Below are positions 1-14,300 of a DNA stretch of 64,000 nucleotides, in pieces. The stretch is from Chrysomallon squamiferum (lineage: Eukaryota > Animalia > Mollusca). The position numbers and the translations under genes were made by a program. The notes beneath the pieces were generated by a model that searched no databases, was not told the origin of the DNA, and saw only the letters and a list, made by a program, of their open reading frames with translations. The stretch lies in NCBI GenBank assembly GCA_012295275.1, contig CM022675.1, positions 3,100,001 through 3,164,000 on the forward strand. The letters run 5' to 3'. Within the stretch, counting starts at the first letter, position 1. Every line of letters starts with the position of its first letter.

Positions 1-130
1 TCGACATTACACAGAAATACAAATTTAATATAACTGAATATTCACAGTAGACATAAGCTTTTCGTCTGCTTATTTCTTAAAGTTTGATGATCGTAACTTC
101 ACAGTAAAACAAATTTATAATTTATTTCAC

Positions 131-343
131 CTGTCCACATCCAGGAACTGTACTGAACTTTAGCTCCAATCCAGTAAGATCCAGCTGTGACATCACTCAG
201 TGATGTAATATCTGACGTACTGTACAATTGTTCTCCATGTTGATGACATGTATAAAACGCTGTATCCCATGTGACGTTATTTAATACACGCAGAGTAGCT
301 GTAATTAAATATATTTACTTACTAAACAAACTGTATAATTAAC

Positions 344-410
<67 letters not shown>

Positions 411-563
411 TTCACAAAATTATAACTATAAAAAAAAGGAAAAAAAAAAATAAAAGCTTTTCACTTGTAATTAATATATTTTACCTGACACAGAAAACAG
501 CTGACATAAAATCCAGCCGAAAACTGCAAGAAGCAGACGACTTGTACTCCATAGTTCAGCCAT
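131..563 (-). CDS. Gene A (5' part only): CTLD[WSC]-CTLD receptor family, signal-peptide exon and CTLD1 N-half exon; continues off the left edge
   Basis: Exon 485..563 (MAELWSTSRLLLAVFGWILCQLFSVS, 79 nt) and exon 131..298 (168 nt, ATLRVLNNVTWDTAFYTCHQHGEQLYSTS...YWIGAKVQYSSWMWT). Both have GT/AG ends and the same sizes and phases as the other copies. Confidence 0.8.
346..406. repeat. (CT)n microsatellite in intron 1 of gene A
   Basis: Pure CT run; the same intron of C (18615..18694) and E (57396..57490) carries one, while B and F do not. Confidence 0.95.
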
Positions 564-1393
564 GACACCCTGTTAACTGTACAAGGAAGTAAAACATCAT
601 CTATGATTAACAACACAGGTTATCCAGGGGAAAACAATGGCAAAATGATATAAACACTTCAAAAACTCTAGTAATACACAAAAATATTTATACGTAAATG
701 ATTAATAATAAAATGTTATAATACCGAAGTAGCTAGTACTCGTTTGAACAATTACTTTAGACTTTGTACATTAACAAATCATCATGTGAGACAGAGTGTG
801 TGCTATGCTAGACAGATAATAGCTTAGATAAACTTCAAATAAACAGCTAAATGTAGATTATCTATCAGTTTGTTTTGTGTTTGTGTTTTTATGATGACGG
901 CAGTGATGATCACTGTAATTACGATAATTCAGTTAGTATTATGAAGATGACGATGATGATGTTGCGATGAAAAAATTAATGATTTTGACAATGAGAATTG
1001 TGCAATGGCTGGCTGAAAATATTTAAATATTTAACAAATGTTAAACACACACACACAGATATATATATATATATATATATACACACAGACAAGCACATAT
1101 ATACACTACATACATTTATACTGAACAAAATAAGAAACTTACGCTAACTTTGCTTGAACATAACACGATGAAACCAAACCGGGGAAATAATTGTTATATA
1201 TGTCTTTAAAGAATGTTCAGTTATACATTGTCTGGTACAAACATCATGCCATAGATTAAAAAAAAAAAAATGGGAGAAATTTTAACCAAGTCTGGTAGGG
1301 GTTAAAGAAACACACACACACTTAATAACAGGTATTACCACCTCTTGAACTGACCACTGCAGTACATCATAAGGCGCATACAATTGACTAGAG

Positions 1394-3630
1394 CAGTGTT
1401 TCTCAACCTTTTTTTACTCTCGACATATCTACGAGCGCATGAAACTGTCGCGACACAGTAATAATTTTAAATATTATATGATGAAATTGTAAAATAAATT
1501 AAAAAATACGTATATAGACTTGTCTGAAACAGTTTATTATGTTAGTATCCTAGAATTGCCACTTACCTAGTGTGAAACTTGTTCCTGGTTTTGTCTTATG
1601 ACTTCTTGAATATTTGGTCGTATGTGCGATAAGCAAACTCTCATTTCTTCTTCAGTGCAACGTAGTCTTTCTCTCTTCTTGTTTTTTATATTATTTAAGG
1701 TTGAAAAGCCCAATTCACACAAATAAGGAGTAGAGAATTGTAAAAGAACTAACAGGGCTTTTTCAGCTAATGCGGGAAATTCCTTTTGTATTGAAATCCA
1801 AAATGTGTCGATATCTACCTCAGAATGCTTTATTTTAAGACTGCTGTCACTTGAAATGGTAGCCAATTCTTCTTCTTCGCATAATTTAAACCCAATATTA
1901 GAAGGAACATTTACAAAAGGATTACGAACCCAGTCGTACTTTTCAGTGTTCAGCGACGGAAAGTAGTGGTCGATGTCTTCTTCGAGCGCTGTCAGATGCT
2001 CAACCACGATAGGGATCATTTCTTTAGTGCAGTTAGTACGCATTGTAGGAAACATATCAAACTCACCCAACTTTGCTCTGTTTTTCCAAATAACAATTTC
2101 TTTTTAAGGGCAACCAACTTATCTGTCGAAGTTAGAATATTTTCGTTTCGACCTTGCATACTACTGTTCACAATATTAAGTTGACCAAATATTTCCGTCA
2201 AATATTCCATTTTGGCCATCCAAAATTCACATCGAGGATATTTACCAAATCTTTCGTGCTTTTCTTTATAAAAAAATACTATTAATTCCTTCTGTAATTC
2301 ATGAACGCGAGTTAACACTTTACCTTTTGACAGCCATCGAACGTCGGTATGCATGAGTAAGCGAACATGTTGAGAATCCATTGATTTGCATAGTTCTTCG
2401 AATAATCTCGACTTTATTGGCCTGCTTTTAATGTAATTGACAATTTCAACTACTTGATGTAACACTTGCTTCAAATCTTCTTGTGATACTTTTGAAACTA
2501 AAACTTCTCTATGTAAAAAGCAATGAGTACGAACAAGATTTGGATTTTCTTTCCGTGCTAGTGATGCAAAACCTTTAATGCAGCCTACCATACATGGTGC
2601 ACCATCAGTACAAATACCAACACAAAACTTCCACGTCAAATTCATTTTTTTAAGATAGCCGGTTATCATATCAAAAATATCTTGACCTCTAGTAGTTGTT
2701 GGCATTTCTTTACAACACAAAAATTGACTGATTATTTCATCATCATTAATGAAACGAACAAATACAAGCAATTGAGCACTGTTACTGATATCGGTCGATT
2801 CATCAACTATTAAAGCAAATTTAGATCCTTCAAGTTTTTTCTGAACATTAGTTTCAATGTTTTCAGATAAATCTACAATTCTCCTGTGTATTGTATCATT
2901 TGAAAGCGGAATTTTACTAATTTCTTTTTCAGCTGTTTCACCTAACATGGATTTCACCATCTTTTTACAAGCGGGAAGGATAACTGACTCAGCAAGAGTG
3001 TGGGATTTGGATTTCATTGCTATTATTTCAGCTACCTCAATTGAAGCGAGTTGAGCCCGTTCAGACATGGTCATTGTTTTCTGAAAAACATTGCGTTGCT
3101 TTGATTGCTGTTGTAACAGTCTTTGAAAATAATTCAGATCTTTATCTTGTAGGTAGGAATGTTTAGTCGTGAAATGTCTTTGTAATTTATTTGGTATCAT
3201 GGATTCATTGGCCATTTTTTCACCACAAACTATACATAATGGACATGGTTGAGCAACATCTCCTGACCAAGGAAATCCAAACTTCAAATAATCATCACAA
3301 TACCGTCTATTATGGTGAACTTTTGCCTTTTTTTGTGCTGGATTTTGTGGGCTTCATTGTATGTTCTGTTTCAACCTCACACCCGTCACTAACATCCTTC
3401 CTTTTAACAAATTTATCCATTGTGAAGGGGTATTCATCAGCAATTAACACGCGCGTACTCTAACCAACAACAGTAAACAACAGGCAGCGTTAAACTAGTT
3501 ATGATTAGTCACAAGCTAATTTAGTTTAAATTCATCTGTAATTTAGAGGTCAAAATTTAGATTGTTTGGGCAACTGAAAAACAATCGGTGGTTGAATGTG
3601 TGCATATTCCGAGTATTGTTGAGAATCCTG
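1394..3630 (-). mobile_element. hAT DNA transposon, Buster/Charlie (ZBED5/ZBED8/SCAND3-like) clade
   Basis: Left end CAGTGTTTCTCAACC at 1394, preceded by GACTAGAG (Charlie-type nnCTAGnn target). Imperfect inverse GTTGAGAATCCTG ends at 3630. The TSD is not clearly duplicated on the right. Confidence 0.8.
1567..3420 (-). pseudogene. hAT (Buster/Charlie-type) transposase, near full length, two frameshifts
   Basis: ATG at 3420 (MDKFVKRK..); BED-like CIVC..HFTTKH, DESTD, ICTDGA, HCFLHRE, RWLSKG and YLCELGFS motifs across ORFs 2016..3287 and 1567..2070. Frame breaks fall in A-runs near 3330 and 2100. Confidence 0.85.
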
Positions 3631-6600
3631 GAGTCCTGAAATGTTCCAGTCCTGAATGAGCGTTTGACAAAGTTCGTTGATGTTGGGGGTGGGTTGGGAC
3701 GACGCCTCAATCGTCTGTCCAGACTTTCCCAGACAAGAGACATGTGGCGATGTGACAGTCATGAATGTAGTGAGTGTTTTGACAATGTGCCCAGTTAAAA
3801 CGCATCCGACGTAAGGACGTGTCCTTGTAAAGCGTCCATGTAACTCAACAAATGATAACACAGCTCAAGGCTAATACTACCTACATAACTTCATTACACA
3901 ATGAATTCTTAAACACAACAAATACTGTATGTACAGATCGGAAATGTCTTCTTTTTTTTCTTCAGCATATATACATAAATTCATACACAAATGCACACAT
4001 ACACATACGATAGATTTTCAAGGGCAGATAATCGAAATTGAACTATTAAACAAAATGATGTAGAAACGGTTACAGTCTTGTGTGTTTACTGCTATTTGGT
4101 TGGACCACTAAAACAACAATACATATGGTTTAATAGTACTACTGATATGTGTGTCTTTATTGCAGTTATTATACTGAAGAGTTCCAGATGAGATGGAAAC
4201 CAATTACTGTTGTGTTTAAACAATTAAATGTCTCCACCTAAAACTGGACATAATATTACAATGCATCCATTTCATTTCAGATCAAGAATGAATGAAACCA
4301 ATTAATTTTAGTAAAATTATAATTTGTAATGTTAAACAGAAATAATTAATTACCCATTACAATAATATCAGTAAAATAAATAAAAAATAATAATCAAATC
4401 TAAGAATAACCATATATGTGTATGTATATTTCATTTATATAAAACTATCTTTTTTATAGTCAAAATTCAGTTTTAGAATAAAGATGTATCAAAGTGATAA
4501 CTAAATGTATGTATGTGTTTGTTGAAAATTTTTAAATATTAAATTTCCAGTTTATCATCAGATATATAATAATTAAAAAGAGATTACCTCACTTAGGTCA
4601 CAATTAACATAGCAAAATACAGTAATCAGTTTATGTTTTTAAATGTGTTTAAGAATTGAGTTACTGAATGAAAATAATTCACAGCTGAATTTTAATAAAT
4701 AGGCACTTTAGTCTTCAAAATTATAAATAACATCCTCATTTCATGATACACTGATACATGTATAAAATAACTTATAGATTTTTATAATCCTGTCGCTCGA
4801 CACAAAGGAGATGAGCAAAGAAAAACAAAGTTTGTTGTCTTTCAAAATGTCTTGTACTTAACACATTTCATTAACTGACAAAATGTTAGTTCAGACATTC
4901 TTTTCTCTTTAGAGGGTCTCATTGTACTGAACTCAGATGTCAACAGATTTTATAGTTGCATCTTACATCAGCTCAAGTGTTGTATCTTCTACATCTTATG
5001 ATAAGGACTTTTAGGAAGAGAAATTTTCCTCCAACTGCAAGAAAGTAGATGATTCCTGGTTGTTCTCTCAGTCATGATGTTTTCATTACATTCTAATTGA
5101 AAAAAACTATCATGTAATATATATTGAGAATATGTTTTCTTATTTCTTGAAAAAGATAATTATTAAAGCTAAATATCTTATTATTTTTGAATTTTGGAGA
5201 TACTAACAATTCCATGTTAAGAGTAAAGATATTTCACCGCTTTAAATAATGACGTTTTAAAAATTAATATTTGCTATTCTGTAACAAGTGTCTGGCCAAT
5301 TGAAACCCATCTTTCCTGAGGAAATGTTCATAAAATAATTACTATAATAATGATATTTAAAAAACAGAAATTGGGATATTTAGTCGTAAAATCTCCATAA
5401 TACTAAGATTTTACAAATATTAAACAGACGATATTTCTACTCTTGTTAGAAATAGTGTTAATAAATGATAGTGTTTTATTTGAATTTATTTTCCTTCCAA
5501 TATTTAAAAAAAGATGAAAAAAAATGGAGAAAAAAAAGGTTTTTTTTAATAGAATTTGATTTGTTTTCATTATTGTTGAAGCTCATATTTTTACATTCAC
5601 AAATAAAACATTTCTGAGTTGTTCTGTAGGCAGGTTTTTTACTAGACATTGATGATATTACTTTGTCACTGGACTAATCCACTTACACAGTTGTTCTTCC
5701 TGTGTCTGTGACAGCTGTAAATATTTAACTGTGTTCTTTATTCAAATTCAAATGCTGAAACATTTTAACAATGAAAATGAATAATATAGCAAATTATAAT
5801 AATAATTATTATTATTGTTGTTATTACTGTTGTTATTATTATTCTTTCTTAATTTTTATTATTTTTCTTCTACTGCTTCACAATATTTTGTGATAATTTT
5901 AAAATTTTAAATATATATTATGCACAATTTATTCTGCTTGGAAGGGCAGCTAACTCTTCTGATGTTTTTTGTTTATTTTAATCTTTCTTTGTAAGTGTTG
6001 TGTAAAGAGTTCACTCAGGGAATTGTTAATATTGTTTTTGTCTGATTTTCATTTCGTTTTGTTCTAAGTATGTTGTCAGCAGAATTTCATTGCTATACAT
6101 GTATTAACGTAACCAATTTTTGGTAACCAAATATTTTAATACCTCCAAATATTTTATTTATTTCTACAATCATCATATGAAAAGTGTTAAAATGGTGTAT
6201 TAACGTAACCAAGGATTTTATTTATTTCTGCATCAATAATTTTGTAAGTACTGAAATGGTGTATAAACATAGCCAATAGTTTTAACCAAATATTCTTAAT
6301 GTCAGCAAATATTCCATATATTTCTTCAGTCATAATATATAATAAATTATGTTATGCAATGTTCGCAAGTTTAGTATGAAATAAGCTTGTGTTTCTTAGA
6401 AAGTTTGATGTTAAATATATCATGGTAAGCAATTTTAGCAACATTAATATTCAAAGGATTGTTATTAAAAAAAATATAAAACAAAATATTTCTTGAAAAA
6501 AGATTTTATTCGTAATGTAAGAATATGTAATCATTTTATTAAAGTAACAGTATAAAAAGAAGGGCTTAGAGTCAGTTTGGTCTAAAACACAGAACTGAAT

Positions 6601-7060
6601 TGTTGAGATGGTTGATATTGAAGTTATCAAAGTGTATAAAGTTAAAATAATACAAAATTATTAATCGATTGAGTTAAAAGTGATTGTCAAAATTTAGAAA
6701 CTTTACACAGTTCTGACAGTGATGTATTTTATCAGAATCTATCATTATATAATTTTTTCTATTGTTTTTATTTTCAAAAGATAATGTTTGGTATCAGACT
6801 GCTGTGATTCATTATCTTTCATTAATTTTATTAATTTTCTATTTAATAATATTGTGATTCTGTTATAAAATGGATGTAAATTCATAACAGAAATTATATA
6901 CAAAGCAGTCAGAGACATATTGGCTATGTTTTATATTTTCAAATGATTGTGTTTACTTGGCTGATGTGTATATGAGAATTGTGAGTGTAAATTTGATATA
7001 AACAACAATGATTTTATGCCAGTTATATACATAAAGTCTACCTATATGCAGGATAAAAAA

Positions 7061-7210
7061 TAGCCAGTAGCCTGTCTTGTCTATGAGAGGGTAAATATCT
7101 TGTTAATAACAAAAAGAGTAGTCCATGTTCTGATAACATCAGTTTTCCTCTTCTTTTTTCTATGATCCTTCACCACTTGTATGTCACCATGTAATCATAT
7201 TTTACAAATT
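7061..7210 (+). mobile_element. Decayed SINE-like fragment just 3' of the stop codon of gene B (copies at ~32242..32400 and ~49968..50065)
   Basis: AGCCAGT..CCTGTCTATGAG..GGT..ATAT..CTTGTTAATAA..AAAGAGTAGTCCATG..GTTTTCCTCT resembles, from memory, the Meta/MESC SINE core common in molluscs; not verified. Confidence 0.35.
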
Positions 7211-7274
7211 ATACAACATTTGTTCTCCCTTTGAAATCAAGAAATCAAAAAAGAACACTGAATTATTAACATAA

Positions 7275-8263
7275 TCAACCTCTCACAGAATGAAGGTGGT
7301 TATAATCATCACTGGTGCAGTCAGCATTTTTCAGATCCATGTCAGCGATGTTGTAGTCGTCTTCAGTCACAGCAGCTATGTGGTTGTATGTCTCATCATG
7401 AGCAGATGTCGTCTTTGGTGTTGTTGTATCGTAATCACCTTCCATGACGCCACCGATGTGGTTGTATTTTTTGTCATGAGTAGACATGGACTTTGGTTTT
7501 GAGTCAGCTGTATCATAATCACCTTCAACGTTGCTGTCAGAGTGGTTGTAGTCGACATTCTTGTTTATATGACTGTCATTTACATCAGTTGCCAGTTCAT
7601 AGTCACTGGAGTTTGTTTGAACATTCGCTGCATTCACTTCAGTTGCCAGTTCGTAGTCACTGGAGTTAGGCTTGGTTGCCATGGTAACATTTGTTAGAGT
7701 TTCAAACTCGTAATGTGAATCAGTTCCTGGTTTGATCTCATCGTAATCTGACAAGTTTTGCTGATTCACAGATCTGATTTGTCGAGTATTGCTGCTTTCT
7801 GGTTTAGTCTTGAAACAAAATTTATGTGATCTGAAAAAAATAAAAAATAAAAATAAACAAACAAACCAAAAATAATAAACAAAAAATAAATAAATAAAAA
7901 AGCAAATAAATAAATAAACAAATAAACAAGTAAAAATGTAATAAATAAAAAAATAAATAAGCAAATAAAACAAACTAAAGAAATAAACAAAAACAAACAA
8001 ATAAATCAATAAATGGAACAAACAAATAAACAAAATGTATTTCATGTCAAAACAGTTAAAGTTGAATTACAAAGAAGAAAAAGAAAAAAGAAGAAAAAAG
8101 CAATCTTAATAAGCTTGAAAAGTACAAATCAAAATTATTTTTATGTTTACCTTCTCATCCAAACAGTCACAACAACAGCTCCAGCTACAAGTAGAATTAG
8201 AGTAACAGAAACACCCACAGCAACACCTACATAAATAAATAAATAAATAGTAGTAATAATTAT

Positions 8264-8311
<48 letters not shown>

Positions 8312-11300
8312 TAATAATAATAATAAATAAATAATAATAATAAATAAATAATAATAAATAAACCTTTGTAAATGAAAATATAAATAAATAACTTTATTGA
8401 CAAAATTTCAATAATTATACGTAATCTATTCTTTAACTATATAATTATCTTAATTCGGTTTTGTTTAATGTTACTACTATAGTTAAATTTCGAGATTTTA
8501 CATGTAATTTCTTTCTTTTTGTTTTTATTTTGTACATAATTTGTTTTGTTGCTTATGCAGGTTTTATGCAAGTATATTCATTAAAGTAAATAAATATTAA
8601 TAACTTAAATGCACGTTAGTTTCAGTTAAACATTGTTTTATCTTACCTGTTTGATCTTTTTCATTTTTATTAAGAATCTGAGATTTTGTAACTGCAGCAC
8701 CTGCAACAACAGCAACAATAATAATAATAATAAAAACATTAACAACAACAATAATAACAACAACAACAATAGCAATAATGACGACAATTATAAAACCAAT
8801 ATTAATAATAATAATTACAAGAAAAACACAGACAACAACATTAACAAGAAAAAAAATAACATTAACAATAACAACAACAACAAAACAAATAATAGTAGTA
8901 GCAGTAGTAATGATAATTATAATAATAATGATATTAATGATAATAATAATGATAATGATGATAATATTAATTATCATAGTTTAAAAAATAATGATAATAA
9001 TAATAACAACAATAGCAATACCAATTAATAGAATTTCTCTAGTAGTATTGTAATAACAACAGCAGCAACTGCTACTGCTACTACTACTACAAAAACAAGA
9101 ACTATAGTAATAAAACAACTACTACAGTTCTGTTATTAATAATTTCAATGGTTTAATCGTAAATATCAATTATAAATTTAAACAAATTATTAACTAAGTA
9201 TTTACGAAGGGAAATAATGATTTTATCTGATACGAAAGTGAACGGAGTTGTCTCCCTTTCATTCTTTTCTATAACCTGTTTTGTCTTCTCTTCAAGTTGT
9301 TATTTCAGAGAAACTTGGAACTAACAAATTTGAATGAGATAAAGTCAAATGTTTTAACAAAGAATTAAGAAATATGACGTACATTTTCTGAACACATCTT
9401 GATATCTGAATATAATCAAAAGCAGATTTCTTAGTTTTTCTGTTTGGTCATGTAAGATCTGCGTTTTTATTTTTTTATTTGTTGTAATTTTCAAAACAAC
9501 AACAATAACAACAACTACAAAAATCTATATATCTATAATATTTATCTATATGTACGCATCTCTCTCTTTCTGTCTGTCTGAGCATCAATCCATCAATCCA
9601 TCAATCCATCTATTTGTATACAGTTCTTACTATAAAATTACCCAAGATAAAGAATACATTGTTTTTAATAACTGGATTGGTTTTATAGACTTAGAATCAT
9701 AGGTGTATAAAATATATAACTATATTTTTGAACATAATTTTATCGACAGTATGTAAATAACTGTCAAATTAAATTTACAATTATACCCTGACCATATTGT
9801 TATTAAAGGTTGCTATTATTTGTATGACTGTTAGACCTAACCTTCCTCAGTACGTAATGGGTTATTGCTTGTTTCATCCAGTGCTTCATAAATTACTTAG
9901 TAACTTAAATGTGAATAACCGTCTGTCTGTAAGAACGAGCAAATAAAAGTTTCATTGATCCTTGATGAAAATGTAGCTGAATGAATATCTCTGAAGATTG
10001 ATTATCAAATACATTCATTTATTTTTAATTCTGCAGAAAATTATATATATATATACACATATAAACAAACAAACAAATAAATAATACTTACTATTAATAC
10101 AAATGGCGGAATGGTGGATGCTGCAGTTACTTATTGAAAATGAAATTTTGCCATTTGAGAATTTTTCTAACAACACGCAGCCATTTTGTGAAATGTTTAT
10201 ATTCAGCATTTCATCTTCAAAAACTGAAATTATATAATCAAAAGCAGTCCCTTTTATCCCATAATGAATAAATTACTTTAATTTAATTTTTGTATTTGTC
10301 AAAAATAATATAATAATAATAAAAAGAAGAAGAAGAAGTTGTATATCTGTTCGTCTTAACATGAACAAGTAACTCACTGAAATGACTGTCAGTCCAGACT
10401 ATTTGTTTGTCACGTTTTAATCCAATCCAGTACTTTCTGTTAGGCCATAAAGGTTGTCTTATTGTTTCAGCGTCACTTTTGTTTGGTTTGACTAAAACAC
10501 AGCTTGAATTAGATGAAAACCAGCTCTCAGTCATGTCATGATTGTAACATGAGGCATCAGAATACTGTCCAGGACCTGATGGGGAAAAAAGAAGAAATAT
10601 TTAAATTATTGTACATAGCAATATGCTGTGTTAAATGAAACAGTGCTAATCGAATATAAAATTATGTATTTTATGAAATGACTTTTTAACAGTTATAGGT
10701 ATTTACTTTTATTATTATTATTATATGTATTTTAGAACTGTATATATTATTAACATGAAGCAAAACAAAATAAAATTAAGAAATTTATTAAGCAGTTATT
10801 ATGCCAAATATGTTTTGGGGATAAAACTTTATTTTATCTTCCTGCGTGTCTCAGAAGTAGCTGAAACTTTTACTAACATTTCAGCGAACTTACACACTGT
10901 GTTTAAGAATATCTCTTACCTAGCACTGCACTGACAGGGTAAGTGTTAAAGTTTTAATTCTTAACAGTATACGTACTAAGAGTAACAGGATTATAATTGT
11001 AGCTAAGTTCGATCATTTTTTATTTCGATTTCGATTGACATGTCATTTGAATGTGATGCTTGAATCAAAATATTTCTTGATATTGCTTATTTTATAGTAC
11101 GCCAGATTTCTCATCTTTTATCACAGTTTTCAAGCCTTTGTTTCCAGTTTTTATTATAAAGTTATCACTTTTCGCTTTCCTTAATACCGATACACTTTCT
11201 TCTTGTCCAGTTTTTAAGTTAAAAGAAAAATTCGGAATATAAAAAGGTTTATCCACAAGAAAACAAATAAACAAACATCCCCCCCGATCAAAACCTTCTA

Positions 11301-14300
11301 CCAACAGTAACACCCACCCGGCAAAAAATAAAAATAAATAAAAATACAATAAATAAATCTTCGCGTTTTTTATAATCTTCATTGCGTCAGGTTTAAATAA
11401 AAATAACTGAAGCGTTTAACATACTGAAAACTGAGATAGCTGAACATCTGCATTTTGGAAAAATCATGGATGGGAATTTTCCTGCTAGTGTCAGTTGTGT
11501 TGTAAGCTTCAAGAGCGGATGGTCACATTCTTTTGTCGGTGGATTATTGTTTTTGTACAATGCATTTGAGCAATTCACCATATTGTAACGTTTATTTATT
11601 TATTTATATATTATTTTCTTTAATCTCTATATTATTTAACTTCTGTTTACGATGCAAACATACCTATTTACCTATATGTATGCATGCAGATCTAGATATA
11701 AATATATATACATGAAGGTACGAGCGTGCGTTGTGTGTTTGTGTCACGGTTAATATAAGACAATGGATATAAAATGATCCCAATTTAATGGAAAAGATCT
11801 TGATTTTGACCTTATTTGTCGTACTAATATTTTAGACAACAATCTTCTCCTTTACCAAACAGTTAACACATCAGATGGCAGTTGAAACTTACATGTCTCT
11901 TTCTTGCCGAAATGTTTATTTATAGTTCAGTCGAATACTTTCAAAATATTTGAACACGAATGCAAATACATGATTAGAGAAAATATTCAAATACAAATAA
12001 GTTTAAAATATTATGCAATTATCTGAATAGTAAGAATATGAAATTTAATATAAACCTTTTTAAACAAATTAGAGAACATCATAAATATTACTATAAATCA
12101 GTCAGTTAATATAAACAAAGTAAAAACATGATATATATATATATATATATATATTTAATTAATCGGATCAGTTTCACTATACTATAAGTGAAAATATTCG
12201 AAACGTAAAATGTGTTTAAACTGATCAAATTTTAAAACTGACTTTAAAATGGTTAACTCACAGTTACAAATGAATCCTTTTTCTATCTCACAGTTCGTTT
12301 CTGTTTTGATTATTAATTTGTAATCGTCTTGTTTTACATATCCACATACACCGAGAATATCCAAATCAACAGTTATATCTTTAAAAAAAACAAAAGAAAA
12401 AATTAAAATCAAAAATAAATAGCAAATAAATTACATACATAATTGTAAAACTGGATTTTTTGTAATAGTAGAAATAGTTATATTACAAGCAGTGTAGTAG
12501 TAGTAGTAGTAATAGTAGTGGTAGTAACATATGTTCTAGTGCCAATAACAGCCATATAATATAATTATAATTGATATTAACAAAAAGAGATATTACAAAT
12601 CCTAAGATAATCCTTTTTATAGTTCTCATAAATGTTCTTACAAAGCTAAATTTATCAAGCATTTTTTTAATTTTACAAATTACTTGTTTCTTTTTTTCAT
12701 TGTGTTTTTACAAAATTAAATAAAATAAAAATCATTTCGGTTTTTTAATATATTTTTGTGCAGGTATATTCATTAAACAAATGAATATTAAAAATTAAAT
12801 ATGATTATTAGTTTCAGATTAACATTGTTTTTACGTTACCTGTTTGATCGTTTTTAAGAATCCAAGTTTTTGTAACATCATCATCTACAACAACAACAAA
12901 AACAATAATAACAGCAACAGTAATAATAACAATAAAACAAATAATAATAATAGTATGATAATTATAATGGTAATAATAAAAATAATGATAATGATTTTTT
13001 ATGATAATGATGATAATAATAATGACAGTGATAAAAAATAATAATGATAATACCAACAACAACGACAGCAACACTACTAATAACTGCATCTTATTTTGTT
13101 ACCACCATCATTACTGATCACTGATTTTTAAAAGAAATGTGGGTATTTTGTGTATAAATGAGTAAAATTTACAGATCTGGTAAAATGTTACCTATTTTAT
13201 ATACACTCATTGTGTTTTCAGTCCCGCAGTTTTCTTTGAAGTTTCCCAAACAACCAGTTTTATTTTGTCTGAGAACAAACGGATATGAAATCTGATTCCA
13301 GTAATTAAGACAGTAGCACTTAGCTCCCTATAATAAAACCATTAAAAAATAAAAAAAATAAAAATATTTTAACATCAGATTTGTTTTTTTTTCTTTCTTT
13401 CTTTAATTTTTTTTTTTTTTTTACATCTAATTATGTTCATTTAAAAGTATATTGGTGGTTATACTTTAATTAAATTATAGAAATCCTTTGAAAGCTAAAC
13501 CCACTTGTAACCAATTAAAAGTATACACAAAATATACGGTGTTGAAAAATAAATAAATAAAACAAAAAAACTAGAAAAATAAAACAACAACAAATACAAA
13601 AAAACAAAACAACAAAACAAGCAAGAACCATCAAATTTGAATATTCTTTAGAAATGTGTTCACAGAACCGAAGCAGCAGCCTCCCCCCCCATCATATGTA
13701 AATCCTGGGTTATTAACAGTTTCTTTAAAAGCGTTTTTGTATTTGATATGAACAACGAGATAAAGTTGAATTATATGTGTGTGTCTGTATGGGTGTCTGT
13801 ATATGTGTCTGCCTGTCTCTCTCAATGTATATATATTTGTCTGTACATATGTATCTATGTATGTGTTTATGAATGTGTGTTAGTATCTGTATATGTGTGG
13901 ATGGATGTATGTATATGTGTGTTTGTGTCGGTCTTTCTGTGTGTGTCATAAATTTATCTGATAAACTACTAACCTGCAATCCAAAATATGTTACACCAGC
14001 AGTAGTTTGGTTTTGCTGACACTCGTAGTAACATCGGCTTGCCTGGTTGTCATATTTGTTATGATAAAACTGTATATAGTCTGGTTGTTCATCAACTTCT
14101 CCGACATAATCAAACAGTGGTGTGTTATCCGCTGTAAGCAAAACTAGATGTGTTTAATGCAATCGATTTGGAATTGTTTTTAATATAAGGTATTATTATG
14201 TACACAAAGTGTAGTCTGACATACACGTATGCATACACACATTTATAATTACATGCATTTCATTTGTAATACAATTATTTCTTTGTTAAGCAAGAACCTT

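Larger units (their letters stand above)
1119..3968 (-). mobile_element. Internally deleted Tc1/mariner remnant split by a hAT insertion
   Basis: Degenerate TIRs TACTGAACAAAATAAGAAAC (~1119) and its imperfect inverse (~3945-3968). Transposase C-terminal pieces VWESLDRRLRRRPNP / LIQDWN (~3640-3740) and LVNCMR..CTAVVSSRGGNTCY* (~1325-1390) flank the hAT element. Confidence 0.65.

Noticed and set aside
7831-8045. Hydrophobic N-termini of ORFs 7275..8045 and 50072..51040 as membrane segments
   Set aside because: T-rich intron read-through. The real exon starts at the acceptor (7830 / 50717), and the true TM is a separate exon.
8597-9028. Poly-Asn / poly-Ile ORFs (also 12814-13089, 28344-28734, 31088-31327, 51768-52207, 52977-53328, 56210-56673)
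   Set aside because: AAT/AAC trinucleotide tracts in introns; only the short embedded exons listed above are supported.
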